Assembly: GCF_001194135.2 (NCBI RefSeq)
Contig: NC_068988.1
Span: 13,390,581 to 13,454,580, forward strand
Direction of reading: 5' to 3'
Source of the DNA: Octopus bimaculoides
Lineage: Eukaryota
DNA length: 64,000 nt
The first letter of the stretch is position 1; the number at the start of each line of letters is the position of its first letter. A model generated the notes under the pieces. That model was given only the letters and a program-made list of their open reading frames with translations. It had not been told where the DNA came from and searched no databases. Positions 12,123-27,100 of this stretch are shown in pieces. Both the position numbers and the translations under genes were made by a program.

Positions 12123-15100
12123 GTGTGTGTGTGTGCTTCAGTTTTATTGACATAGATGTTATTAGTGCATATTATAATCTGGATGGTAAGCCCCTAACAA
12201 ATTGAGTTGACAACTCTGATATGGTTCTTGTTTCACATCTTTTTAATATATAAACCTCAGTCTTCATTAATTTATTTGCCCTTGTTATCTCAATGGCGCT
12301 GATACCTGTTGAGGGATATCTTGGATTACAAAAGGCCAAGTAGTTAATTTTAGCTTACCAGAACAAACAATTAAAAAAAAAGAAGTTTTTAAGCAGTTCT
12401 GACTTGATATATGCATCAAATTTATAGCTAATTTTATTCCATTACAAAGTTTGAGTACAAAGGTGGCTTTGTTCTACAAAGACCAGTGTTTTATTTGCTG
12501 CCATTTTGCTTGTTATACACTGTTAGTTGAAGCGACGACCCAGTTTTGATTTCTTGCTTTATTCCATTTCATTTCATTTATCAATCTTGTGTAATGTTCA
12601 TGCCTTCAAGAAAGGCATGAACATCACATAGTCTTCTCTAAATTTTAAGGTCTGTGTTTATGTCAGTGGCCATTATTTAAACAATGTGCTTTTAAAAATA
12701 ATTTGTATGAGTGCTTCATGATTTCTTTATTTCTTATTCTTTTTAATACGAAATTCTCTGTGTAATTTAGATTAGATCTAGTTTTGTTTGTATTTACTTC
12801 TTGGTCAGCATTGGTTCTTCCTCACCCCATTCATGTTAACAAGATTATGAGTTCATTGTTTTAAAACAATCAAAAACCTGACTCTTGATAGAATGATTTT
12901 ATGCTCTGACTTCTTGGTTGATGTTTGATAAAATTTTTGTAGCTTTAGGTCAGCCTTGATTGAGGTCTTCCATGTTTGATGGCATTCTGACTGTTATTGA
13001 TCATTCTGTTATTTTCTTAGGAATAGTATATTTAGGGCTATGTAATGTAATGTTTTTCTATTGGGTTGAAAATAGATTTAGCTGGTTATTTTTTTTTTTT
13101 GCCTCCTTGTGTTCCTTTCACCTGTTCATCTTCAATTCAACCATATTCTCTCCATTAACAGCAGATCATCTACATTCAGTAACTCCCATTGTAGACCCTC
13201 CTTTATGCTTTGAGCTAGTGTTTCCATCACAACTAGAAGTAGTGGGGTTTATATTATTGATCCCTAAAGCATGCCAACATTCTATTTCTGTCTCCTAAAA
13301 AAATTACTAGCTTTCTACCATAATTTGAAACCATATTCCTCCATTCTTACCTCTCTCAATGTCTACTCTGTGCTTATGCTTTGTAAAAGATGTTCATATT
13401 TGTTCTATTTTAAAATTTATTTCTATGTTGATGATTAATTTTTGATAAATATATTAACAATTCTAATTTTTGAAATAATTAACATGATTTATATTGTTAC
13501 CTTGTTTTGAATAGAATTCTTTCACTCTGTAAGCAATAACAGCATATTAATGAGCATGATAATGAGAGAATAAATATTAAGGTTAACTGTTACATAGTTT
13601 CTTTATAGTTTGTCTGTGTATAAGAGTATGCACACACACACACACACACTCGTACACACACTCTCGTGCGCATGCACACTGACACACACAGAGCATAGCT
13701 GAATGGTGAAGAATTTGCTGTGAAGTCATTAAGTCTCAAGTTTGATTCTACTGTTTGAGCATGTGTCAACATCATTTTTCATCATTATTTAATGTCTGTT
13801 TTCCTTGCTGGCATGGCTTGGATGGTTTGACAGGATCTGGCAGGCTTCAGGGCTGTGGTGAGCTCCAATGTCATCTTTGGCATGGTTTCTATGGCCTGAT
13901 ACCCTTCCTAATTCCAATCAGTCCATAGTGTGTATTGAGTGCATTTTTTTCTGGTATTAATGAGGTTATCAAGTAACTTGCAAGAGAGGAAAAGAACATG
14001 AAAAAGATCCTTCCACCAAATGGTAAGGGTGGGGGAGGTTATTTCACATGTTGAAAGGTTAATGTATGATAGAGGGATATGCATAAGTGTCTTGCTATAG
14101 GGGAGATACATGTTTTGTTTTAGTATTTTTATCAATTTAATTTAATTTAATTTTGTCTTGTTAGTGGCTATTCAGTGCCTGGAATCAGCCTATGGAATAA
14201 ATACCAACGAACCTGAAAGTGCATCCAAATATTATGTGGACAAAAATCTTTTAGATATTTTCAATTCTCATACAAGTTCTGAGGTGAGTTAAATGAACTA
14301 TTCTAAATATTATTATTATGTGTGTATTAAATGTTTTTAAAAATTATTAAATTTACTTTTATTTATATTGTTGGGAGTCAGTGGGATAGTTATGAAAACT
14401 TGTGACAGTTTGGTTATTCATGCAGTTATGTATAGGTGTTTATCCTTGGTATTAAGTTATTTGCTTCCAAAGAAGCAAACTGAAGCAAGAGATCTCCCTT
14501 GATTAAAATACAAAATAACAAGGTTTGAATTTTTGACCTGTGGCTCAAATGTCTTGAGCTTCAATCATTTAGCTGGTTTATTTATAATTATATAATTACA
14601 TCTGATTTGTCATGTTCACTTTTTAAGTTATGCAACTTTGTAATTACTGGACTAGAATATGAATTGGTTAGGTCAGGTGTGTGGGCATGTGCCATTGCTG
14701 CATTCACCAATTGTTTGTATATTCTCTGGTCTTCTTGGGCGACCTGGTCCTCATATCTGCAAGATACTGCCCCATCTGCTGTGATCATGTGACCAGCTGG
14801 ATCCTTAGTGAACAGAAGATAAGTAGGGTTTAACTCTGAGAATTGAGCAATATGGTCAAACAGGCTGAGCTGGCACTCCCAAATCATACAAGTAACAGGA
14901 TGCATCCCAGTTTCTGAGTAGTTGTTGGATACAAGATCTGACCAATGATAACCCATAACCCTGTGAAGCGTCCTAGTGCCAGAGGAGTTCAGTTGGCTCC
15001 TAAGTGCCCCAGACAGTGTCCAAATCTCGCAATTATAGAACAGAACAGGAAGGACCAGAGAGCTAAAGACACGAACCTTTGTCCTCCTGCTTAGATATTG

Positions 15101-18100
15101 GCAGCACCAGACACCCTTGTCCACAACTACACCAGCTCGTCCAAGTCTTTTTAGGACTTCAGACTCACAGCTGCTATGAATCTCACTGCTGAGATAAATG
15201 AAATGGTCAACAACTTTGACGTTCTCACCTGCAACAGTCCTCCAAGAAGCCAACAAAAGACTGGATCTTAGTCTTGATTCAAGAGACTCTTGGGCCAAGT
15301 GGTTCTGCTTTCTCACTCAGTGAAAGAAGAGCAATCCTTGAGACATCCAGAGACTTGGCAAGAATAACTGCTTCATCAGCAAAATTTACGCATGCAGAAT
15401 ACATGGAAAACGGGTATGACAACATAGAAAAAAAATTAATACATAGGTAGTTTTTATTTTTAATTTCCAGGAAACTACCACTGAAGGTAGATATTAGTTC
15501 TTTATTTCTAAAAATGTCAAAACTGCTATTTTCAGTGTCAGAATATCAAGGAAATGTTTTTGTAATCAATCTTAATATTCATTTATAACATCAAGGGGCA
15601 GAATCAAATTTAAACAAGGGCATGCAAAAGTATGCATGAATCATCATCTTTCCATGTTTAGTCTACTATTCTTGCATGGGATGGATGGCTTATCTAAGGC
15701 TGAGTTATCTGGAGTTATTACCCTTCTAGACAGGACAGAGACCACATCTTACTTGCATATCCATATTTGGTATGGTTTCTACTGCTGGATGCCTTTTCTA
15801 ACCTGAACCACTTTACATTGTGCATTTTATTGTAGTACCTGCATTAGAAAAGTTGTTTTGTTATTGGCAAGACTGAAGTCCTCTTTACTCCGTTGTTGTT
15901 CATTTGCCAACCACCTTAGAGTTTTCTGGCTGCATTTTATTATGGCACCTGCACTAAGGAGGTTGCCTTGTCTCACACAAAACTAAAGTCCTCTCTGCTC
16001 TACAATGTCTTGTTCAAGGTCGTATGGTCGAGAGAGAGTGAATGGAGGAGATAGTAGTAGTAAAGAGAGTAAAATAAGAGAATCGGTGTGATTGGAATGA
16101 GTAATGGAAGAGAGACAGTGATACAGTTACATGTTGTTTGTTGGTACAAATTGAACAGAACGACAGCATGAGAGGCATAATAGGGGAAAGACCCAATAGG
16201 AAAGAAACAGTGACAGGAAAGGGTGGAATGGATGCGAACAATAAGTGATAGAGGAGAGTGATGGGTAGCAGTAATATGATAGGGGAGAACAATGGTTAGC
16301 AATAAAGGAGGATGAGGGGATTGAATATTGAGTCTGCAAGAGGCCCTCATATAAATAAGTTCATTCATTAGTCCTGATTTTGGTTTGTATGCAGAGATAA
16401 GTATCACAGTCATGTTCATGACTAGTTTAAACTTAATTATTCCATCTCACACACTCTGATTACCTCAGTTTATCTGCTCATTTCTCTTACACTACCCACT
16501 ACATTGCTGTCACCCACTCAGAAAAATCTATATTAAAACTATTTAAACAGGGGCATGTGTGGTAAGAAGCTTGCTTCCCAACCACATGGTTCCAGGTTCA
16601 GTCCTGCTGTGTGGCATCTTGGGCAAGTGTCTGCTACTATAGCCTTGGGTTGACCAAAGCCTTGTGAGTGGGTTTGGTAAACAGAAACTGAAAGAAGCCC
16701 ATTGTATATATTTGTGTGTGTGTGTTTGACCCCTCACCATCACTTGACAACCAATGTTGGTGTGTTTACGGTCCTGTAACTTAGCAGTTCGGCAAAAAGA
16801 GGCCGATTGAATTAGTCTAGGGGTCGATTTCTTCGACTAAAAGGCGGTGCTCCAGCATGGCCGCAGTCAAATGACTGAAACAAGTGAAAGAATAGAAGTA
16901 AAGAATATTAAAATGTATTTTAAAAATAGCTGTGACTGACAAACTGTGGCAAGGAATCGAATTTAAACTTTAATGAAAGTAATATAATGGATTTGAAAGA
17001 AAATATGATAGCTCTCTTGTTTCACACGTATTATGTCTCTACATAGCTGTTAAGGACTAAACTGCAAACTATGACATGCAGAGTTTAATCATATAGTGCT
17101 GTATGACAGACAAGCAAGGTGGACTTGGTCAGTGGTGTACATCTTCAGGATAGTGTTTGGATCTAATGTGGCTACAGATGCTGCTGTCTAGTGGAAGAGA
17201 CAGTGGTTTTTGGATGGTGTTGCTGTAGTGTTTTGTAGATGTGTTTGTGCATTTAGTGTGGCAAGGACCAAGGGTTAGTATCAAATTGAGCTCCTTGCAT
17301 ATCCAGGTGGTCTTTTGTAAAGCTTGTTTCTGGGTGGGTGTGGTCTGTATACAACTTGTGACAATGTAAAGTGTGCTGTTTTGTGTTCTTTGTTATTGTG
17401 GAGAGATTGGGAGACTGTGCAGAACTGATTCAGTCTTAGATGATCTCTAATGCATTGTTTGTTCACTAAGATATTATTTCTGTTGGCTAAGTGTCCAACA
17501 TGTATGTGTGCTCTAAGTCTGTATGCCATTTTCTTTTATTTACTGTCTCTTCAGTATGTACTATGAATGTTGTAGTCATGTTGAATTAGCATTTTTGTCT
17601 TCTCTGTGTATGTGTGTATGTTTTATGGTATGTTTGTTTCTGAGTGTGATAGTGGATTGTATTTCTTGTTCTCTATGTAGCATTACTGGTTAGAAGGAAG
17701 ACTGGATTTAGTAGATGCTATTTTATATTGGAACTAGATGTCTAGGTGATTGTTGTAGGGTTGGTGTATCAATGACTCAAATGAATTAGTCTTTGGTTGG
17801 TGTTTTCAGAATGACAAACATTTTGTCATCGATTAATGAACTTGGCCTAATGTAAAAATAATGAATCAATAATTCATATCTATGTAACAAATCAAATATT
17901 TGTTTGAAGCTGACAATTCACTCTACTACAAGTTTTTTTCCCCACTCCTTTGCATTAATTCAGGCACCTGATTGAACATGTGAAAACTCAGAGTAGCACT
18001 GGAGTGGATCATCTACATTCATTGAGTACTTTCTCCTCTTTGTACACCCAAGTGTGTGTGTGTGTGTGTGTGTATTGTCATTGTTTAACGTCCGTCTTCC

Positions 18101-21100
18101 ATGCTAGCATGGGTGGGATGGTACCACAAGAGCCGGCCAGGCTTCTGTGACTGTTTTGGCAGGATTTTTACAGCTGGATACCCTTCCTAACACCAACTAC
18201 TCAGAGTGGGCTTTGTGCTTTTTATGTGGCACAAGCACAGGCGAGGTCAGTTTTGGCAAGGTTTTTACAGCTGGATGCCCTTCTGAACACCAACCATTTT
18301 ACAGTGTAGAATGGGTGCTTTTAAGTGGCACCTGCACTAACAAGGTCACCAAGTACTTCCAAGACAAGAAAAAAAACTTAAGAGGGGAGGAGGTGATGAT
18401 GAAAAGGTTATAGTGAGAGAGATACAGGTGACTTGCTGTAGAGGAAGTACAAGGTTACCTGGCCGGAGAAAGATCAGGAATGAAGACAGAAACAGGTGTG
18501 CTACTGCAAAGGTAGTACATGGTTGCCTAACCTGAGGGAAGTGCAGGATAAGGAGAGAGAGTGGGAGATAGCAGGTTAGAGATGGTGGCAAAATGCCAGG
18601 CATACTCACAAGGAACAGGGATCAGAATATAAATGAGATGGTTGAGTAAAGGAAGAGAGAGATATAGATGATGGTAAGTGCCAGGGCATACCCTTGAGGT
18701 TCAAATGCCATAATATAAGTGACAGGATATTACGAAGGGAGTGTGATTAGAGTGCGAGTAAGTGGCGAAAGACCTGGGTATATATATAGTTCAAGGTGGG
18801 GATACTGGATAGCAATGATACAGAGGAACGGGTATGAGGACAGGATTGGGGGTGAGAGCTAGGTATAGTGAATGAAGGAGGAAATGTGCGAAAGAGAAGA
18901 GATGTAGATTAGTTTGTTGGGGTAGGGTGAGGGAAAAGTTTTCTTATGTGTGGGTGGAACACCCAGGTCAGGGACTAGCAGATAACAATAATAGTGAGAC
19001 AGGGCATGTGGGTAGAATGCACAGGTTAGGGGCAAGCAGAGAGCAATGATACAGTGGCACAGGGCCAAGAGGACAGGATCGGGGAGTGGGAGGCAATAAT
19101 AGTACATGAAGTGGAAATGTGAAGAGAAGAGACGTAGTTTGGTTTGTTGTGGTAGTGTGGGTGGGACACAGAGTTTCTAGAACTCAGTTTTGCTGATGTG
19201 GGCAGGTCTTTTCAGGAATTTCATATCGCCGGACATCTCAGTCCATTGTCATTTCGTCCATGAGGCCCAACTCCCTGAGACTAGTCCTTACCACCTCATC
19301 CCTTGTCTTGGGTTCCCCCCTTCCACAGGTACCATCCACTTAGAGTGATCAACACTTCTTTATGCAGCTGTCTTCATTCATACGCATCACTTGTCCAAAC
19401 CAACGTAGTCTTCTCTCTTGCATGCTATATTTGATTCCTCTTATGCCCAACTATATATATATATATATATATATCATCATCATCATCATCATCGTTTAAC
19501 GTCCGCTTTCCATGCTAGCATGGGTTGGACGATTTGACTGAGGACTGGNNNNNNNNNNGGCAAATCTTTCCTTATCTGCTTCCCCTCTGGCTAAATAAAC
19601 CTGTCGCCTAGCCTCCCTTCTGGCACATATATATATATGTATATATATGTATATATATATATATATATATGTATATATTTGAAACTAATAGTTGAATATA
19701 ATTTTCTTGCAGAAAACTGATAATTTTGCTGCAAATACCTTGCATGAGCCAACTCCTGAAGACAGAGTTGAAGCTGAAAAGCTTAAAAATAAAGGTTTGG
19801 AGATATATATTTTTAATGATTAAATAATTTAAGATGTCAAATAGCATTGTATGAAACACATTTGTTTTGTAAATTGAATGTGGTTGTAACATTGAATGTG
19901 TCTGTTTTCATAGACATTTCATCTTTCAGTGTAAATTTTAAAGATGTTTAATCTATTAGCATGTAAAATGAAAGAGTGTATGTATTGTACAGATACATGC
20001 ATGGACACTTTAGATTTGAAATTTCATACTTATTTTGAAAATATTCTATAGGAAGTTATCAGTACAGTTATGTCTCATGATAAAGCTAATTCCACTATGG
20101 AATTATTGAGGAATTATTTTGCCATTTTCTGGTATCACTAAAGAATATATTGTTTTATTTTAGATAATGTTGTTCCAATTCAAACTTGAAATATGCAATC
20201 ATTTTCTGTCTCAAAAGAAATAGTTCTTTTTTATATAATTTACAGGAAATGACTTCATGAAAGCAGAGAAATTCTCCGAAGCACTAGAATGTTACACAAA
20301 GGCCATAAAGTTGGACAACAAAAATGCTGTTTACTATTGTAACAGGTAACTAAATTGTTTCTTTTTTTGTGTAATTCTTTTAAAGAATGCACTTATTTAT
20401 CCTAGAATCCGTTGTTGGTTTCAATTAGTGTCTTCTCATTTGAGTATTAATTTTGTAATTACTTTTTTTTATTTTGATATAGCTGGTTTTATTTTTTTAT
20501 TCTGTCCTTTCCTATTCTTGACATTAGGAACACTAAAGAAAAGCTTTTAGATTTTACATATTATTAACTGAATAATAAAATAAGAAAAGTCTTAGTGTAA
20601 AGATGTGATAAATTATTGCACAAATGGCTTTTCTAGAAGTTATCAAAGGGCAAAGCTTTATCTGGGGATAATAGTTATAAAGAGGATTACTATTTGTAAA
20701 TTTCACAACGAGAGATATTCAGCAACAGTACTTTGGAGCAAAGATTGTCTGCCAACACATGGCAGTCCTGGTTTACAGCAACATTTGTCCTAAACCAGGA
20801 CTGCAATGTTGTGTTGGTAGGCAGTCTTTGCTCCAGTTATAGAGAGGTACTGGATTTGGATACCTCAATTATTATTTTTTTTTGGTTTTGTTGACCAAAG
20901 GTGTCTAGGATTTAGTCTCTTTGTGCAGTGCCTTAGGCAAGTGTCCTCAATAGCCTAGAACTGACCAAAGCTACGTAAGTGGATTTGGTAGATGGAAACT
21001 GAAAGAAGCCTGTCATGTATGCGTGTGTATACCTTTGTCTTGATATCATATTATGGTTGTCAATGAGCATCGGTGTTTTTGAGGTTTTTCAAGAAAGACC

Positions 21101-24100
21101 TGTCTAGCTATGGGAAAATATCCCTTGCTTGGAAACAGGTAAGAGTTGGTGGCAAAAGGCATGTGGCTGTAGTAAATTTGCCTGGACAAATTCCATCCAA
21201 TCCATGTAAGCATAGAAAAGTGGACATTAAATGTTATTTACTGCCCAGCGATACTATCATGCAACCACTGAACCAGGAAATTATCAAGAGTTTCAAATGT
21301 TAATCATCATCATCATCATCGTTTAACGTCCGCTTTCCATGCTAGCATGGGTTGGACGATTTGACTGAGGACTGGTGCAACCGGATGGCTACACCAGGCT
21401 CCAATCTAATTTGGCAGAGTTTCTACAGCTGGATGCCCTTCCTAACGCCAACCACTCAGAGAGTGTAGTGGGTGCTTTTACGTGTCACCCGCACGAAAAC
21501 GGCCACGCTCGAAATGGTGTCTTTTATGTGCCACCCGCACAAGAGCCAGTCCAGGGGCACTGGCAACGATCTCGCTCGAAAACCCTACAAGGCCAGTCAG
21601 GCGGTACNNNNNNNNNNNNNNNNNNNNNNNNNNNNNNNNNNNNNNNNNNNNNNNNNNNNNNNNNNNNNNNNNNNNNNNNNNNNNNNNNNNNNNNNNNNNN
21701 NNNNNNNNNNNNNNNNNNNNNNNNNNNNNNNNNNNNNNNNNNNNNNNNNNNNNNNNNNNNNNNNNNNNNNNNNNNNNNNNNNNNNNNNNNNNNNNNNNNN
21801 NNNNNNNNNNNNNNNNNNNNNNNNNNNNNNNNNNNNNNNNNNNNNNNNNNNNNNNNNNNNNNNNNNNNNNNNNNNNNNNNNNNNNNNNNNNNNNNNNNNN
21901 NNNNNNNNNNNNNNNNNNNNNNNNNNNNNNNNNNNNNNNNNNNNNNNNNNNNNNNNNNNNNNNNNNNNNNNNNNNNNNNNNNNNNNNNNNNNNNNNNNNN
22001 NNNNNNNNNNNNNNNNNNNNNNNNNNNNNNNNNNNNNNNNNNNNNNNNNNNNNNNNNNNNNNNNNNNNNNNNNNNNNNNNNNNNNNNNNNNNNNNNNNNN
22101 NNNNNNNNNNNNNNNNNNNNNNNNNNNNNNNNNNNNNNNNNNNNNNNNNNNNNNNATTGCTGCACCTCTTATGTGTCCATAGCTTGCACCGGGTACATCT
22201 TATAGAGTTACTACCTACTCCTTTACTGCATACTGAGCAGGGCCATCTACCTGAAGGGGTTTGTGTTTTATCTACCTTCCTACTTATTTAGGATTTTGGT
22301 TTTTGCTAGGTTGACTCTAAGGCCCTTCAATTCTAGTCCTTGCTTCCACACCTTAAACTTCTCTAGTTCTGATAGTGACTGCGCAATTAGTGCAAGGTCA
22401 TCAGCATAGAGGAACTCCCAGGGGCAACCTGTCTTGAATTCCTCTGTGATCGCCTGGAGGACTATGATAAATAGGAGGGGGCTGAGGACGGAACCTTGGT
22501 GGACCCCTACCTCTACCCGGAAAACACAATCAGCAGTAAAGAATCTATCCCTGACTCTCAACACCAAATTAAGGATGTGATTTTTTGCATCTGCTATTTG
22601 CATGGACTTTTGAAAGCATGATGCAAATTTAACTTGTTTTCATGTTTGTTAATTTAATTTCTCTTGATTTTGATTTTCTTTTAATGGTAGGCAGGGCATT
22701 ATCATTGACAGAAAACAAGCATAAACATACCAACACCGGTTGTCAAGCAATGTGTAGGGACAAACACACATATACGCAATGGGCTTCTTTTAGTTTCTGT
22801 CTACTAAATCCACTCACAAGGCTTTGGTCAGTCTGAGGCTAGAGTAGAAAACACTTACCCAAGGTGCCATGCAGTGAGACTGAACCTGGAACCATGTGGT
22901 TGGGAAACAAGCTTATCACATAGCCATGCCTGTACCTATTATTTTTTTTTTGAAAATATTCATTTTAACTTTGATTATTTTAAGTATTCCTTATTGTGCA
23001 ATTATTTCTAGTATATGTGTAAAATTTAGGTTTTATTTGGTTTTATTTTGAAATTACTTTTTTTTTTAAATTTTAAAATGTTTTTTCTAAATTGTTTACT
23101 ATACATTTAATAGCTTTTTATTTAGGAAATTTATGACAACTACTTCCNNNNNNNNNNNNNNNNNNNNNNNNNNNNNNNNNNNNNNNNNNNNNNNNNNNNN
23201 NNNNNNNNNNNNNNNNNNNNNNNNNNNNNNNNNNNNNNNNNNNNNNNNNNNNNNNNNNNNNNNNNNNNNNNNNNNNNNNNNNNNNNNNNNNNNNNNNNNN
23301 NNNNNNNNNNNNNNNNNNNNNNNNNNNNNNNNNNNNNNNNNNNNNNNNNNNNNNNNNNNNNNNNNNNNNNNNNNNNNNNNNNNNNNNNNNNNNNNNNNNN
23401 NNNNNNNNNNNNNNNNNNNNNNNNNNNNNNNNNNNNNNNNNNNNNNNNNNNNNNNNNNNNNNNNNNNNNNNNNNNNNNNNNNNNNNNNNNNNNNNNNNNN
23501 NNNNNNNNNNNNNNNNNNNNNNNNNNNNNNNNNNNNNNNNNNNNNNNNNNNNNNNNNNNNNNNNNNNNNNNNNNNNNNNTTCTGTGTTATTGCTGTATGT
23601 TTTACACCTGTTGCTTATTGTAAAGGTGATTGATTAATTGGAAGATTCTTAAATTTTACTTGTAGATTGGTATGATCAAAATCTTTATGCTCTTAAAGTT
23701 GTCCTGTTATGGCACTAAGGAAACTTGTTTCAGATGAGAAAAAAAAAAAAAAACACTATCTTTTACAACAATGTCTGGTCACCAGCTGTTGCAATAGATT
23801 GAGAATAGGTTTGGTCATTTTCATATTTTAAACTGTTTATTATTTTCTTATCCTTTTACTTGTTTCAGTCATTTGACTGCGGCCATGCTGGAGCACTGCC
23901 TTGAGGGTTTTTAGTTGAATAGATTGACCTCCCCAGGACTTATTCTTTTAAAGCCTGGTATTTATTCTATCAGTCTCTTTTGCTGAACCGCTAAGTTTTA
24001 AGGGATATAGACACACCAACACTGGCTGTCAAGCAGTGGTGGGGTGCACACATGAGTTTCTTTCAGTTTCTGTCAACCAAATCTACTCAAGTCTTTGGTT

Positions 24101-27100
24101 GGCCCAAGGCTTTAGTAGAAGACACTTGCCCAAGGTGTCATGTGATGGGAACCAGGCTTCTTACCACACAGTCACGTCTGCAGCTGTTGTTTACAATTGG
24201 AAACAATTGCATAAGTTTCCCCATTGTTGACTCCACACTCCATTTTACAGTTGATGTGACAGATGCATAGTTAGACTACTTAATGAGAAAGAAAATATTT
24301 ATTGAAAAAATAACAATTTGTTAAAAATTACTCTTGTTTCAAATCAAACTACCCATTAATGTATGATAACCAGAAGCTGTCAATTTATAGTTTGATTTGT
24401 GGCTTCTTCATTAAATATCTTTCACTAATTCTGTTCTAAATAAGTGTATTTAATAATACGTGTATGAATGTATATAAAAAGATTTTTTCTTTTTTCTTTT
24501 TTGTTATCCATGTTAAAATTCATTTTAACATTTAGTGAGACAAGCAGAGGACTCTCATTGTTAATTTGCATATATTTATTTCTCAGTGAGAAAAATAATT
24601 CACAACTGTTTTGTTCAGTATAATCTACTGTTACTCATTATGCTATTTCTGATGTCATAAGACATGTTCGTGATTAACAACATGTTTAAGCATTTTTATT
24701 GGAAAGCTAGAATTTGGAAGCACATCATTAATTACTGCAAATAACTTTTCCATCATTACAATGTCATGTATAATCAATCAATCCTGTTTTTTAATTCCAG
24801 AGCTGCAGCCTACAGTAAATTAACTAAACATACATCAGCTATCCAAGACTGTAACAGTGCATTGGCCATTGATCCTAGCTACAGCAAGGCATATGGTCGG
24901 ATGGGGTGAGTGATCTTGTAGATACAGGGACAACACTGACTTTCTAGGCACTGATGATCTAGAATCTCTTGTGATCCACACTGATTTATGAGCAGGAACA
25001 TTAAATTCCTGTGATGCTAGTCTAGTTTACTGGGTGGTTCCATTTCACTGTACCTCATAAAATAAATTTATATAATTTATACACATGTACAGGTACCTGT
25101 ATTTTATTTAATTAAATTTAATATCTGTTTAATTTTGAGGAGAGCACCTCAGGCTTCGAAAAATCAGTAATCTGGGAAGGCTTTGAAACCAAAAGTTCCT
25201 GAAAATCAATGTTGTACCTGTAGTAATTTTTATCAACTCTATTGAATAGACCAGTTTCATTGTTAGATAATTTGAGACTATCTTGTTGCTTGTATTTTTG
25301 ATGTTGAATCATTTTCTAATAGTGTTAATGAATTGATCTATTTTTTTTAGAATGGCTTACCTTGAGCTTGAGAACAATGAACAATCTCACGAATGCTACA
25401 GAAAAGCTTTGGAGTTGGATCCAAACAATCAGAGCTACAAGAATAATTTAGAGATGGTTGAGCAGAGACTTCGGGAACAAGCTATGGGGGTGAGTTGACA
25501 AATACTACAAATGGTTAATCTACAAATTTAACCCTATTGATACCAACCTGCCTCATTCTATGATACAAACTTGTTTTGAAATGATCTGAATTAAAACCTC
25601 CCTTCAAAATTTCATGTTCCAAATACCAGCTTAATGACGAGTTATTTACTAAATTCTTAACTATTTTCAAAATTAATTGAAACAAAGGCAGCAAATTTCA
25701 ACAGAAATATAACAAAAGGGTTAAAGATTTGCCAGTTTTTTGGCTTTTCTAGATGCAAAGTTTTCATTTTTTTTTTTTTTAATGTTTTGCATTAAATGTT
25801 CTAAATTGACCACAGTACAGTTCTCCGATTCACCAGTACCTGCCAAACTGTCCAACTCATCATGCCAGCATACCTGGCCAGCTCTTGTGAAACCATTCCA
25901 CCTATGTTAGCATGGAAGGCGGACGTTAAACGATGATGAATATGTTACAAGATGAAAGACTCAACACAGACATTGTTTTGATACTGCATATTTTGACGGA
26001 CAATTTTCAAGGTTTCACAAAACAAATTTAGAGAAATAACAGGTGTAATAGAATGGTAGAATAAGCAGACAGACATCATTATCATTTAATGTCAACTTTT
26101 CCAGACTAGCATGGGTCAGATGGAATTTGTTGTGGCAGATTTTTTTATGGCTGGATGCCCTTCCATACTATGTGCATTTCCAGGATTATGATACTGATGA
26201 GAGATCCAATTCATTGAAACATACAGAATATGAATATCAAGTTCCTTCAACTCTAAACCTGAAGTTAATAAGGAAAAAATACTTTGTGTTTAAATGTTTT
26301 TCAGCAATCATTCGATAGTAGTACGCTGGTTGTCAACTGGCTGTCAGCTGGTCAACATGTCTTTGTTTACATCAATTCGGCAATTTCCGTAAAGAAAGAG
26401 GGAAAGGGTGTTAGTCAGCGCCAGCAGGTAGCAGAAAGTAAGAGGGAAAGGGTGTTAATCAGCGACAGCAGGTAGCATCCCGACTGACTGAGCGTCGACG
26501 TTCGTGCGCGCGCGAGTTCTCTCTTCGGTTCGAGGTGCTTCGCGTGCAGGCGTTCGTAACAGTATTTCACAGAAATAAGAGAAATGGTTATAAAAAAAAC
26601 TATAAATACCAATCGGTTTTAGTTACTCATTTTATACTGTGCGTTCATTATAAGAAATTTGTTTGTAATTTCGACCACTTTCATTTTCTACAAACCTTTA
26701 AAAAATAAACATAAAGACTTTAAATAAACATACTCTTTACTCTTTTACTGTTTTACTTGTTTCATTCATTTGACTGCGGCCATGCTGGAGCACCACCTTT
26801 AGTTGAGATCGGTCTTTTTTGCCGAACCGCTAAGTTACGGGGACGTAAACACACCACCATCGGTTGTCAGGCGATGTTGGGGGGGAAAACACACACACAT
26901 ACATATATATGACGGGCTTCTTTCAGTTTCCCTGCATACACCTCTCTAGAGAGCGAGAGATAAGTGACATGTGTTTTTAAGAGTGTGAAAGAGAGAGAGA
27001 AAGCGAGAGATAACTGGCATGTGTTTTTAAGAGAGTGTGAAAGTGAGAGAGAGAAAGCGAGTGATAAGTGACATGTGTTCTTAAGAGAGGGGGAAGGTTA

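Noticed and set aside
16549-16625. tRNA-like A/B boxes at SINE heads
   Set aside because: They continue into SINE core and tail sequence and lack a cloverleaf, so they are not tRNA genes.
26950-27090. Three ~45-bp direct repeats resembling a CRISPR array
   Set aside because: There are no unique spacers and no cas genes, the context is eukaryotic, and the repeats lie inside a DNA transposon.
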